The notes under the pieces: generated by a model
Databases searched by the model: none
Seen by the model: only the letters and a program-made list of their open reading frames with translations
Told to the model about the DNA's origin: nothing
Source of the DNA: Octopus bimaculoides
Lineage: Eukaryota
Direction of reading: 5' to 3'
Length of the DNA stretch: 64,000 bases
Assembly: GCF_001194135.2 (NCBI RefSeq)
Contig: NC_068989.1
Span: 13,396,972 to 13,460,971, forward strand
Shown here: positions 40,246 through 53,640 of the stretch, one piece after another
Numbering within the stretch: position 1 is the stretch's first letter
How the letters are laid out: each line of letters starts with the position of its first letter
Made by a program: the position numbers and the translations under genes

Positions 40246-40735
40246 TATGTATGTTAATTTCTATTATTAAAATTTGGAAAGGTGGTGCAAAAGAAACCTC
40301 TAACTATGTGTTCAAAAAATACTAAAGAATTGATTCTCAAATGAATGATAAAATCTAAAGACCTGCTTGGAAATGAAAGAGAATGAGGTAAGAAATTATT
40401 GTTTGAGAGAGGTGAGTCAAATTGAACGATATGTAAAGAGGATGGCAGAAAAGAAATGGAAGAAGAAAAACAGCGAATCATTTAAAGAGGAAGGGGAATA
40501 AGGGTTTAAATGAGCTGGTAAAAATAGGACCGATGTGAATATGCAATATGAAGAATTATGAGAACTGTGAAAGAGTAATGAAATGAAAGAAGGAATTGGA
40601 GAAGAGAAAATTTGGTATGGATGACGCCATAGCTGAAGCATGCTAGCAAAACAAGCTCACAAATTACCAGAGAAATTGTCAGTGTCTCTGGAAAAAAGAG
40701 AGCTATATAAATTCTGATTGCTAACGAGTATTTAG

Positions 40736-40791
40736 ACCATATTTCAATATGTCCGAAGATGACATCATCTGGTTTCCATTTATGCCCGGAT
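40736..40791 (+). CDS. Candidate exon (PYFNMSEDDIIWFPFMPG)
   Basis: CTAAC branch-like motif, TTTAG acceptor, GTAAGG donor; the phase 2 to 1 reading joins the next candidate in frame. Confidence 0.33.
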
Positions 40792-40973
40792 GTAAGGCGA
40801 TACTGTTACCATTTTACTTCTACTGTTGCACACAACAACAGCTTACATATATCAATGGCGCTTTTACATATCAATTGTTGTTTCGTGAATAACAATTACT
40901 TCACTTGGTTGTAAGTAGACTACTTAATAGAGACACTACTTATAGAATAATGAGTTTGTCATCTTCAATGCAG

Positions 40974-41059
40974 TTTATAACGTGGTTTCGTATGGATTAA
41001 TTCAAGTGCACTTTCAGAAGTCATCAATTAGATTTCAGTCAGTCCACTGTTCAGGGAAA
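40974..41059 (+). CDS. Candidate exon (YNVVSYGLIQVHFQKSSIRFQSVHCSGK)
   Basis: TTGTCATCTTCAATGCAG acceptor, AAA|GTAAGC donor; only the phase 1 frame is open. Confidence 0.33.
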
Positions 41060-42288
41060 GTAAGCACTTCAAGTTAAATTGATTGCTTTGATTCGTGTTG
41101 TGTTTCCTGTTTTGTGACCAATCACTTACCACTCGTTTTCTCCACTTTTGCTCAAAGAAACCAACAGACAAAAGTTAGAGGGGTCTTCGCAGGAGTCAAT
41201 AGTGGCTCCTAAGACAAATTATCCCTCAAGAAATAAATTCAGTTATTTCCTTTCGTTTATATTTCATTTAAATAAAACAAGTACTGCCACATCTATGTAA
41301 ATCAGAAATTAGCTTCAAAACGCTGATCCAACGTTCATTTCAACCTTCCATTTCTATGACATACATAATATTCTTTTCGCTAACTGTGTTAAGAGCCAAA
41401 TGCAAGACTTATAAAGAATACTGGTACTAAATGTTTAGTAGACACAGTGAGATCGTGTGCACACACCTTCACTACACACGGTGTTGTAGTGGTATATAGT
41501 ACACATGATAATGCAGAGAAGTGATATAGATTACTAATTTCTTTATACAATGATATTTATTCCGTATGTATGTGAAAATGTAGTCTAGTATGAATTTGAA
41601 TGATATCACATGAAAAAATATCCAGCAGCTAAACTTTACTAATTAGATTTAAACAGAAATTTTGAAACTAACGATAAAAATAGATTTAGAACAAATGGCA
41701 TACAGTACTATATATATATATATNNNNNNNNNNNNNNNNNNNNNNNNNNNNNNNNNNNNNNNNNNNNNNNNNNNNNNNNNNNNNNNNNNNNNNNNNNNNN
41801 NNNNNNNNNNNNNNNNNNNNNNNNNNNNNNNNNNNNNNNNNNNNNNNNNNNNNNNNNNNNNNNNNNNNNNNNNNNNNNNNNNNNNNNNNNNNNNNNNNNN
41901 NNNNNNNNNNNNNNNNNNNNNNNNNNNNNNNNNNNNNNNNNNNNNNNNNNNNNNNNNNNNNNNNNNNNNNNNNNNNNNNNNNNNNNNNNNNNNNNNNNNN
42001 NNNNNNNNNNNNNNNNNNNNNNNNNNNNNNNNNNNNNNNNNNNNNNNNNNNNNNNNNNNNNNNNNNNNNNNNNNNNNNNNNNNNNNNNNNNNNNNNNNNN
42101 NNNNNNNNNNNNNNNNNNNNNNNNNNNNNNNNNNNNNNNNNNNNNNNNNNNNNNNNNNNNNNNNNNNNNNNNNNNNNNNNNNNNNNNNNNNNNNNNNNNN
42201 NNNNNNNNNNNNNNNNNNNNNNNNNNNNNNNNNNNNATATATGTATATATGTGTGTGTGTGTGTATATATATATGTGTGTGTGTATGT

Positions 42289-42328
<40 letters not shown>

Positions 42329-42479
42329 TTGTAATCTGTGTATGGGTATGCCCGGACAATGCATACGTAAGTATAAATTCAAGTATGAAATAGAGACAGC
42401 GTTAGTGCAATAAACATTATTAACCACGTATACGTCGCTTCTACAATACTGAGGTTGTGGACAGTTGCTGCATTGGTAG

Positions 42480-42845
42480 TTGGCTTCAAATTTTGGCAAA
42501 CGGGCAGCAATTTCGTAGTAGTGGGTAAGTCGATCACATCAACACCAGTAATTTTGGCGGTACTTCGAAGCCGAAGGATGAAAAAAAATCGAACGCAGAA
42601 ACATTTGAACTTAATGTCCGAAGAAATGTTGATAATTCTTTTCTACTCTAGGCACAAGGCCCGAAATTTTGGAGGGGGGGGGGCAGTCGATTAGGTCGAT
42701 CCCAGTACGCAACTGGTACATAAAGGCAACGTCGAAAGGATGAAAGGCAACGTCGACCTCGGAGGAAATTGAACTCAAAACATAAAGACAGACAAAATAC
42801 CGCTAAGCATTTCGCACGGCATGCTAACGTTTCTCCTAGCTCCCA
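42480..42845 (-). mobile_element. Two partial family B-related SINEs
   Basis: AAGTCGATCACATCAACACCAG.. and GTCGATCCCAGTACGCAACTGGTAC..GAAAGGATGAAAGGCAACGTCGACCTCGG..GCTAACGTTTC. Confidence 0.85.
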
Positions 42846-42886
42846 GACTTTGAAATCTTTATATACATAGTTGAATAAATAACAAC

Positions 42887-43205
42887 GGATGATGTGTCAA
42901 TTCACTACAGTTGTTTCCAACGAATTTTTCATTGGTTAATGGAGACATAACATCATAAGAATAAAACCGTTTTCTTCAGATGAATACATGAAGCACAACC
43001 TTCAAGAACACTCAAAATCCAACGAGACCTCAGCAAGAGTCACAGAATCATAAAGATGTGCACACCGTTGGATTCTGAGTGTTTTTGAAGGTTGTGGCTT
43101 ATGTATTCACCTGATGAAAACGGCTTTTTATTCTTATGATATAATGTCCCCCATTAATCAACTAAAAATCGTTGGAAACAGCTGTAGTGAATTGACACAT
43201 CATCC
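42887..43205. mobile_element. Foldback/MITE-like inverted repeat (arms about 138 and 140 bp, 41 bp spacer)
   Basis: 42887-43024 is the reverse complement of 43066-43205 with scattered mismatches (GGATGATGTGTCAATTCACTACAG vs CTGTAGTGAATTGACACATCATCC). Confidence 0.9.
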
Positions 43206-43490
43206 ATCTGTGGTTTTTCATTCATTTATTATACACCGCTCTCGAAACTTTGCCCTTGCGTAGATACGAAGTATATTGTGGACCGTAAATTTTGTACAAT
43301 GTGCATTTCATGATTAGCTTTAGGGCTATTAATACACTCAATCAGGTACAGCTAATCGTATACATAACCTGAAAATGTGCTTCTATTTCGGTACCGGCAT
43401 ATATATTCATGTAGTTTTGTTGTGTACACATCTTAGTTTTTGACACGGTTCCGTACCTTACCATTTAAGTATCTGAATTACTTGGACCCT

Positions 43491-43736
43491 CGTGGGTGTG
43501 TGGTAAGAAGCTTGCTTCCCAACCACATGGTTCCGGCTTTAGTCCCACTGCTGGCATCTGCTGGAAACTTGGGCAAGTGTCTACTACTACAACCTCGGGA
43601 TGACCAAACCTTGTGAGTGAATTCGGTAGACGAAAACTGAAAAAAGACCGTCGTATATATATATACGTTAAACTAAAACATCTGCCTTGTCTATACCATC
43701 TGTCTTCGTCTTTTGTTTTTTTTATTGTGAATTCTC

Positions 43737-43830
<94 letters not shown>

Positions 43831-43835
43831 ATATA

Positions 43836-43868
<33 letters not shown>

Positions 43869-44082
43869 ATACGTGCGTGTCTGTATTTGTTACCCGTCCA
43901 TCGCTTGACAACCGACATTGGTGTGTTTACATCCCTGTAAACTTAGTGGTTCAGCACAAGACACTGATAGAATAATAAGTACTAGGCTTACAAAGAATAA
44001 CTTCTGGGGTCGATTTGTTCGACTAAAGACGGTGTTCCAGCATGGCCGCAGTCAGATGACTTAAACCAGTCAAAGAGTAAAG
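43491..44082 (+). mobile_element. Family A SINE with a nested PLE-tail fragment in its central (TA)n
   Basis: Head and CORE-like block at 43491-43650, foreign segment at about 43666-43745, tail at 43890-44082. Confidence 0.9.
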
Positions 44083-44273
44083 GAATCATAGAATATATAC
44101 ACACTCCAGTGTACTTCAATCTATATATCATATCAAATTATATTACACGATAAATAGAAATATAAACGGATTTAAGCCAACGATGAAAATTGTAACGGAT
44201 AAGCTTTTAAGTTGTTATAGTAGGCCAGAGGTGACGTCCAGGATAACAAGTCCCTTCATATTCTTTAAGTACA

Positions 44274-44304
<31 letters not shown>

Positions 44305-44684
44305 GCACGGGGACACAACACAAGCGCACACGCGTATAGATTATATACCCGAAGGGTGTGAGCAACACGCAGTTAAAGTGCATCTGCCTTGAGCATCATT
44401 AATTGAAATCCAATTGTATGATCCATTCTGAGAGATAACAGAAAATTCATGTCAATTGATAGGGAATGAATAGATTGCTGTCCGAATGACTTAATGGTTT
44501 ATTCATACAAAATCATACACGCTACAAACACACACACACACGCACACTGAAATACACGTACACACAAATACACACACATTCATATAAATTTGAAAACTAT
44601 AAAAAATACACCTACACACATGTAAGTATGAATGCTTAATGGACTTAGATCGTATATACGTATACCAACATACATGTATGTGTG

Positions 44685-44730
<46 letters not shown>

Positions 44731-44938
44731 TGTGTTTGTGTATGTATGTATATATATATATATATGTATGTATATGTATATATACATACATCTATATAGT
44801 TACAAATATTTACATATATATACTTATATATATATATATATATACATATACATATGTGTATGTATATATGTTTANNNNNNNNNNNNNNNNNNNNNNNNNN
44901 NNNNNNNNNNNNNNNNNNNNNNNNNNNNNNNNNNNNNN

Positions 44939-44971
<33 letters not shown>

Positions 44972-45770
44972 GGGTACTCACGTTTGTATATATGCATATA
45001 TATACATGTGTGTGTGTATTTGTTGCTGATGAAGCTATTTGGTGCGCCTATTAATCTCCTACTCCTTCCGACGACCAATTGTCGAGTGAATTGCCATCGC
45101 TAATATAAATCATGCCACCCAGCTCCCGGCTATATTGCGACTGTATTGTGGTGCCGAATGTTGATTGTGCATGTATGAATGCGTGTAGAGGTTCAGCGTG
45201 AATCGTTTCCTCTTGTTTCTCAATTTTGCCCGCCATTATATTGCTAGGTTTCTAGCGTCGAATTGTATCTTCATTTCTATCTATATCTATATTCGTCATC
45301 CTTTTTCCCACTCTCACTCTCTATCTATCTAACCCGCTCTTTTTATATATACATATATATATCCTCTTTGTCCATCTCTTTATATATATCTCTCTCTCTC
45401 TCTCTCACTTTCTCTCTAATTGGCCTTCTATCTTTGTATAATTACGCACTTATATATACTCATTTATATCAATCGATATATAAATATATATATACACCAC
45501 ATAGACACACTCACTCAAATATACATATCTATATCTATCATTCTATCTAACTATCTATCTATCTATATGGAATATATATNNNNNNNNNNNNNNNNNNNNN
45601 NNNNNNNNNNNNNNNNNNNNNNNNNNNNNNNNNNNNNNNNNNNNNNNNNNNNNNNNNNNNNNNNNNNNNNNNNNNNNNNNNNNNNNNNNNNNNNNNNNNN
45701 NNNNNNNNNNNNNNNNNNNNNNNNNNNNNNNNNNNNNNNNNNNNNNNNNNNNNNNNNNNNTTTTTATAGT

Positions 45771-45821
<51 letters not shown>

Positions 45822-45922
45822 AAACAATTATAAATAAAGGTAGAAGAAAAAATTCCTATGCCAATATGCTGAGAAACAGACTTCAAATGATCAATCACCA
45901 CATACAATATATACATACGTGC

Positions 45923-45961
<39 letters not shown>

Positions 45962-46554
45962 GTATACGAACAAATAAGTACATAGGTGCGAATTAAGGTA
46001 GAAAAATTAGTATGCGAATACCAAAGGTAGAGCATTATATTTTTTTTTTCCTACAAGCGAAAATAATCTTCACAAACGGTGATTGTGAGTTTCACTCGCT
46101 GTTTATGTAACAGTTGTGATCACATTGATAAATTGAATGAAGTGTGTATCTATAATATAGCATAATACAATATAATATGATATAAAATAATACGATGTAC
46201 TATAATGTAGACCTTACGGTTCAACGATTCTATATTACCACAACTGTCTGATGAACGGTCACGTGAAACACTGCTTAGCTGTGACGATGTGTTTTCATCT
46301 ATAGTATATATTTGTGTGTTTATGTGTCTCTGTGTGCGTGTGTATGTGTACAAGATTGCATGTATGCATATACAAGGTTAGAACAAAAAAATCTATTAAA
46401 ATTCAGTGTATCCAGATATATATTTTGACTTGTTATATTTTGCGTATTATGGTCATAGCAAAATTATATATGCAGATAAGATGAATGAAAAATAAAAAAA
46501 TATTATCATAACCATTATTATTACTATTACTAAAGATATTTTTATAGATATTTT

Positions 46555-46581
46555 TTCTTCTTCTTCTTCTTCTTCTTCTTC

Positions 46582-46636
<55 letters not shown>

Positions 46637-46745
46637 CATTATTATTATTATTTTTATCATCGTCATTATCATCATCATCAACATCATTATTATTATTATT
46701 ATCATCGTCATCATCACTATTATTATTATTATTATTATTATTATT
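46555..46745. repeat. (CTT)n/(ATT)n/(ATC)n microsatellite running into a gap
   Basis: Directly visible. Confidence 0.95.
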
Positions 46746-47628
46746 NNNNNNNNNNNNNNNNNNNNNNNNNNNNNNNNNNNNNNNNNNNNNNNNNNNNNNN
46801 NNNNNNNNNNNNNNNNNNNNNNNNNNNNNNNNNNNNNNNNNNNNNNNNNNNNNNNNNNNNNNNNNNNNNNNNNNNNNNNNNNNNNNNNNNNNNNNNNNNN
46901 NNNNNNNNNNNNNNNNNNNNNNNNNNNNNNNNNNNNNNNNNNNNNNNNNNNNNNNNNNNNNNNNNNNNNNNNNNNNNNNNNNNNNNNNNNNNNNNNNNNN
47001 NNNNNNNNNNNNNNNNNNNNNNNNNNNNNNNNNNNNNNNNNNNNNNNNNNNNNNNNNNNNNNNNNNNNNNNNNNNNNNNNNNNNNNNNNNNNNNNNNNNN
47101 NNNNNNNNNNNNNNNNNNNNNNNNNNNNNNNNNNNNNNNNNNNNNNNNNNNNNNNNNNNNNNNNNNNNNNNNNNNNNNNNNNNNNNNNNNNNNNNNNNNN
47201 NNNNNNNNNNNNNNNNNNNNNNNNNNNNNNNNNNNNNNNNNNNNNNNNNNNNNNNNNNNNNNNNNNNNNNNNNNNNNNNNNNNNNNNNNNNNNNNNNNNN
47301 NNNNNNNNNNNNNNNNNNNNNNNNNNNNNNNNNNNNNNNNNNNNNNNNNNNNNNNNNNTATATATAAGTATATATATATAGGCATGTATATCAGTCCATG
47401 TCTACATGCGGATTTGTGTGTGTATGTGTGTGTATGTATGTGTGCGTGTGTGTGTTCCTCTAAACAGCTATTTGTCTCATGATAAACATGATTAACTCAT
47501 TCGTTGTCACCACTTTTAAAACATACCCGCTGTCTACTTATGCACTGTCATTATCTATGTTCATTTTTCTCTTTTTCCTTTTCTTTCTTTCTCTTTCTCT
47601 CTCTTTCTCTCTCTCCTTTTGTCACTAA

Positions 47629-47673
<45 letters not shown>

Positions 47674-47871
47674 AGTGTGAGAGTGCATGTGTGTGTTTAT
47701 GTGTAAAGAAAATCCGTGACATAAATAAGTAGGTAGATAGACAGATAGCAAGATAGATAGACAGATATACAGACACACGGATAGATACACAGATACACAG
47801 AGAGACAATCCTAAAAAAACAGACAGACAGACAGACAGACAGGCAGATAGACAGACAGACAGACAGATAGG

Positions 47872-47937
<66 letters not shown>

Positions 47938-48015
47938 GACAGACAGATATACAGACAGATCGATAGATACACAGATACACAAAGAGACAGCCATTAAAAG
48001 ACAGACAGAGAGGCA

Positions 48016-48175
48016 GATACATTTCTTTTATTAGCCACACAGGGCTCAACGAAGATGGGACAAATACAATGTAGAGCTTTTCTTTTTGGGATGGGGAAGG
48101 AAGGAAAAAAAAAAAAAAAATTGGTGGTGTCGATCAAAAGGGATCGTAGGAAGGGAAAAAGGGGCAGTTCGAGGC
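48016..48175 (-). mobile_element. Probable non-LTR retroelement 3' end embedded in (GACA/GATA)n
   Basis: Unique ~160 bp segment with a minus-strand AATAAA next to GACA repeats on one side and (GATA)n on the other; family assignment is inference. Confidence 0.4.
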
Positions 48176-48234
<59 letters not shown>

Positions 48235-48235
48235 C

Positions 48236-48291
<56 letters not shown>

Positions 48292-48307
48292 TGATAGATA
48301 GATAGAC

Positions 48308-48342
<35 letters not shown>

Positions 48343-49387
48343 AAAATCTACATACACTTGCACATTTTGTGTCCATGCCTATGTGTCTATATGTTGTGGG
48401 GCGTGTTTGCCTCTTTATTCGTTTGCGTTTTTGGAATGTGAGTTATACGTGTGACAAGGTTAATTAATCTTTGCAAAGCGGACCTTTTAAAGGCTGTAAT
48501 GAATCAAGGGATATTCTCCATTTGCAGGAAGCTGGACCGGAGCGCTGGGGAAAATGTATGGAATAGCCTCAAGGTTAACTGTATATACCTTCCCCCATGC
48601 CATTCATAGGACAAGGAAGCTTGGCCTTAGCAATGAAAGTAAAAGCAGCATAAATGTAGACAATAATATAAATCAAGGCAAAAATCCAATAAAAATAAAA
48701 TAGCTATCGAGGTCGCAAACACACAAACACACATCGAAGCATAATGCCGTGTGTGTATATGTGTGTTTGTACATGTGCATATGTGTCTTTGCACTTGTGC
48801 AAGCGTGTGTGTATGTGTGAGTATAGAACACGAACGCATAGAGATACGTGAAATGCTTTTAAGAAATATGGATCTGATAACTTATTCTGAAAATTAAGGA
48901 AGAATGATGCCATGATGTCAGAAGCACTATACTGCCATTGCGATTCTTGTTCGCTGTTTCACTATTTATTACAAGCAGCGTAATTCCGGAGAATTCATAT
49001 TACTGCATGATGCAAAATGGACAGTTGTTGGCCAGCTGCTGGACGCAAGCTTTCCACAGTGATTGCCTGTCCAGTAGATGAGTGGTATTCCACGAAATGA
49101 CCACATGGCAGTAAAATAGATGACCAATTCATGATAAAATAAAGCAGAGATGAGCGTGTTTAGAAGAAATGGTTAGTCAAGCATCTATAGTTGATGGTTT
49201 TAAATGTCTGTTTGCCAAGGAATTGCTGTGTTCGCGTGCATGTATGTATGTAGCTGTGTGCGTGTTATATCTGTGTAAATACATTTGTATCAATATGCCT
49301 GTGTATATATATATATATGTATATATGTGTGTGTGTGTGTGTGTGAGTGTGTGTGTTATATATACATGTGTGTATATATATGTGTGC

Positions 49388-49484
<97 letters not shown>

Positions 49485-49889
49485 CATACATGCATATGCA
49501 GACATACACATACGTTTGAACATATATCTTATGCTAGTGCCAGTAATCGTGTGTCTATGTAATTATGTTCCTGTCCATGAGCATATATCTTTTCTGAATA
49601 TGTGCATTCATATCAACTAGCGAACAGAAGCGAGTATGTGTGTGTGTGTCTCTGTGTGTGAGCATGTGTGTGTGTGTGTGTGTATGTGCGCACATGTGTT
49701 TGTAATGGCATCCATACATATATATATATATATATATAAACACAGACATACATATATTTGTGTATTCTGATGCATATACACACATATATATAAACCTACA
49801 TATATGGTCACATATGTAACCATATAATATAGTTATGTGTTTATGTGCTAGCATACAGGTATATAATTCATATATTGCATGTGTTACAT

Positions 49890-49951
<62 letters not shown>

Positions 49952-51149
49952 CACAGAGAGACAATACCTATGTATGCTTATGTATAAATACCCGTAAGAA
50001 TTTTGTCAATTGGTTCGAATCTTCGACGTTAGCAGCTTGTGAATGAGTTTGAAGAACAAGAGAAAGAGAGAGATGTTCGTATGACAAAATGTGTTTTTCT
50101 CATTTAATAGTTGTATTTTATCCTACACTGCCAGCCTTGGAATTTCACATTAATTATTCCTAAGATCCCCTCTTTGCATATTCTGTATTATCTTAATCTA
50201 CGGATATCGCAACTGTTCAATCGTCATATGGAGAGAACCATGACGGTTCTGAAACATTAATTATTAGCAAAATTGAATGCGTTTGCCAATCTGTTTTCAT
50301 TACTGGCCTGGGATTTGTTGAGTTCAGAATTATTTTAGAAGTTATTTACAATTTATCTTGACACCACAGTACAACACAAACGCACGGATATGCACATATA
50401 CATGCATGCACGCATATTTACATACGAAAGATTAGCTCCTTTTGAATGAGAATTTCATTTGTTACACACATAATACCAAAAGACTGTTTGAAACGGTTGA
50501 CGGCTAAACAGTTGTATCATAGCAATATACGTTCTGATTTTGAATATCACCGAGGTCAGATATGACCTTTTATTTTACTACTAGAGGGCCCCGTGCCATC
50601 ACAACATGACGGCTAATTGTAGTATTATATATATATAAGGTACAAAATAAGGTGCATAATAATCACAAAATACAAACGTTCAAATACTTCCCTTGTACCT
50701 GCACACACACACACACACACACATACACACACACACATACATACACACACACTCACATACACAAACACACATACACACACACCTCCATTTTAACATACGC
50801 ACATACGTGTACTCACACAGAGTTGAAACGCTGTTTGATTTTTATTTTTCACCGCAGTATTTCCATCATCCTACTATCACTTTTCCATTACCCCTTCCTT
50901 CCTTTTTCATCTGTCACCTCTTCTCCTTTCTCATTCATAAGCTGTGACAGAGAAACACACAAGAGTATTATTATAGTAGATGGTCTATAACATAAGAATG
51001 TATGAAGCACTGGAGGAGATATAAGCGACGATACATATCCTCCCAAGCTGTGGTGCTCTGATGATTTGAGAACATATTGCGAATACAATGTTGTACGTGT
51101 ACACACGATGGCCAGAGAGAACGTCCCAACTTTATGCTTTGTTAGAAAG

Positions 51150-51271
51150 TATAACTTGCGGCATACGATCTGGTTCTTTATGTTGTGAGTTCAAATTCCG
51201 CCAAAGTTCAATTTGCCTTTTATTCTTTTGGGGTGGATAAAATAATCACCAGTTGAACACTGTGATCGATA

Positions 51272-51314
<43 letters not shown>

Positions 51315-51490
51315 ACTTAGCTGCATTTCGTCCGACATTACGTTCTCAGGTTTAAAACCCGCCTAGATCCACTTTGCCTTTCATCTATTTGGGCCCGGTG
51401 AAATAAGTACCAGTTGTACACTAGGTTGATATAATAAACCAGCCTCTTCCCACTAAATTTCAGGTCTTCTGCCTATAATAAAAAGAATTA
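51150..51490 (+). mobile_element. Two degraded family B-related SINE fragments separated by (ATT)n
   Basis: GAGTTCAAATTCCGCC..TTTGCCTTT..GGGGTGGATAAAATAA and TTTCGTCCGACATTACGTTCTC..AAATAAGTACCAGTTG. Confidence 0.75.
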
Positions 51491-51493
51491 TTA

Positions 51494-51560
<67 letters not shown>

Positions 51561-51689
51561 CATTATTATTGTTGTCTACATTCTATCTGAACTAACAATT
51601 TTCAACCAACTTCTATAAGATGTAATGTCTCCATTAGCTAATTCCACCGGTGGCATTTATTTATTGAGGTTGGGGTGGGCAATAAATTA

Positions 51690-52330
51690 CCTTATTCCAC
51701 TTGGTTAGCATCTTGTACTTGATCATAAATACCTAATAATTAACTCTCCTTCTTTCTTCAAACTCTACACTGAATCATTTCATTCAACGACTTCCTTTCT
51801 TTCAAAAATTAACCGTCTTCAATATATACATTCTTCTGTCCAAGTTCAATACCGGAAATTCTTTATTCTTTTTTTTATTACAGAATATTTAGATAGTCAT
51901 CCTCTTTTTGTGTACAGTGTTTCACCGATCCTTGCTCTCCATCTTTACAATCATAAATTCTAATAAGTGTCCTGTCCCTCTAGTCTTCCATAATTCCTTC
52001 AGATGTAGCACTACGTTTATAGCTAAAATTCTCTCGCTTTTCTATCTCACGCATCTATTTCATCTTCCATTCGATATCATTATTAACCATTTTATAATGC
52101 ATGACGTCATTCACTCTCGTGTTGACTGCATTTATCAATTTCTTTTAAGTTTTGACTTCAATGGCTGTTTTAATCCTTTCGTGCATGTTGTCTTCGATTT
52201 TTCTTTCATTTCCTTTCTGCAAGATGTCATGAAGTTCTACACGTCTACGCATATGTAACCGTAGTCATCAAATTCTAAAATCTGATCTTCCGATAAAACT
52301 ATTCCGTTAAAACGGGGTCTTTTCTCTCCC
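51690..52330 (-). pseudogene. Degraded non-LTR RT C-terminal region, R4/Dong-like
   Basis: Minus-strand fragments EMKEKSK..LKSKLKRN(L)INAVNTRV and a RGTG-like segment match the R4/Dong pattern MKEK..EY..R..ILKSKL..N.I.AINT.A ... GGRGL. Confidence 0.55.
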
Positions 52331-53094
52331 TTTCTTTCTCACTAAAGTTGTACATGTTGATACACACCACACTCCAAACATATATCGTTTCAACAAATGA
52401 ATTAGCTACTTTCTCCAGCTTGATGAATATGTCTAAGTCAACCATGAAAAATATTCGATTTAGGGAAGTTGTTTTTATCCCTTTTTTGCACCCCAAGTTG
52501 AGTTTTCTAAGTAGAATTTCGTTGGGATTAAGCATGATAAAACGAATGAAAGAACAGGGAAGTATGAATTTCCCTCTTTAGCAGGTTTTATTATTTTTAT
52601 TTATTAGGTCGTTATTTACATCGAAACGGAAATTTATTGTATGTTCGTTGTTTTGCAATTCATTGTGTTATTTGTTTTGTTATTGTAATTTATTGTTGTA
52701 CATTTTGTTGCGAAATCAACCAGGACACCAAGCGGCTGGTTGCTTTCTTGGCTTTTGGATCTAAAAGTTAAAATGTTTACCTATATATTTAGATAGTTTG
52801 CTATTATTTAGTTACTTTCTTAATCAGTAAGCGATGTAATTTGTTAGTCAGTGTGTATTTATTTAGAAGATGTCATGTATCTTTGGAGAATGGTTGGATA
52901 AATTTAGGGAGGCCTGAGTGATCTTTCATAAAATGATTATCAATGAATGCGTATACCGAAGTGAGAGTCTCAATATGCCCTGCTAGAAAAATCATGCCGA
53001 TGTATGTGTATATATGTGTGTGTATGTGTATGTGTACGCTCGCGCGTGTGTTTGTGTGTGTGCGTATGTGTGTGTGTGTGTGTGGAACTGAACG

Positions 53095-53212
53095 AAGTGG
53101 CGGCGGCAGCAGTGACTACAGGAACAGCAGGTGCAGGAGTAGTAGTGGTAGTGGTGGTAGTGATGGTGGTGGTGGTGGTGTTAGTAGTAGTAGTAGCAGT
53201 AGTAGTAGAAGA

Positions 53213-53251
<39 letters not shown>

Positions 53252-53327
53252 CGTCGTGGCGGCGGCGGAGGGGGTAGTAGTAGTAGTAGTAGATGCGGTC
53301 GTAGTGGTGGTGTTGGTGTTGTTGCTG

Positions 53328-53363
<36 letters not shown>

Positions 53364-53495
53364 GATGCGGTCGTGATGGTGGTGGTGGAGGTGGTAGTAG
53401 TAGTAGTAGTAGTAATAGATGCGGTCGTGGTGATAGTAGTTGTTGTAGTAGTAGATGCGGTCGTGGTGGTGGTACTGGTGTTGGTCGTGGTAGTG

Positions 53496-53538
<43 letters not shown>

Positions 53539-53539
53539 C

Positions 53540-53573
<34 letters not shown>

Positions 53574-53640
53574 GTGGATGTGGCAGTCGAGGTAGCAGCC
53601 AGCGGAGACAAAAGTAACAGCGGCGGCAGCACTAGTGATC
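53095..53640. repeat. Compound (GTA)n/(GTG)n/(GCA)n microsatellite
   Basis: Directly visible; AGATGCGGTCGT recurs four times inside it. Confidence 0.95.

Noticed and set aside
3080-41160. Minus-strand exon-like segments (near 3.1, 6.6, 11.1, 26.6, 31.0, 33.9 and 41.1 kb)
   Set aside because: They have AG/GT sites and short open frames but no homology or consistent chain. Their number shows how easily such candidates arise, which is why the + strand exons are scored low.
46248-46269. CTGATGA-ACG/CGT-GAAAC hammerhead-like string
   Set aside because: Core and a 3 bp stem II are present, but I could not form stem I and a valid NUH site in either type I or type III topology.
48528-49060. Exon-like GSWTGALGKM (ionotropic-receptor-like) and GEFILLHDAKW / IPENSYYCMMQ segments
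   Set aside because: More than one frame is open, the motifs are too short, and the donors are weak.
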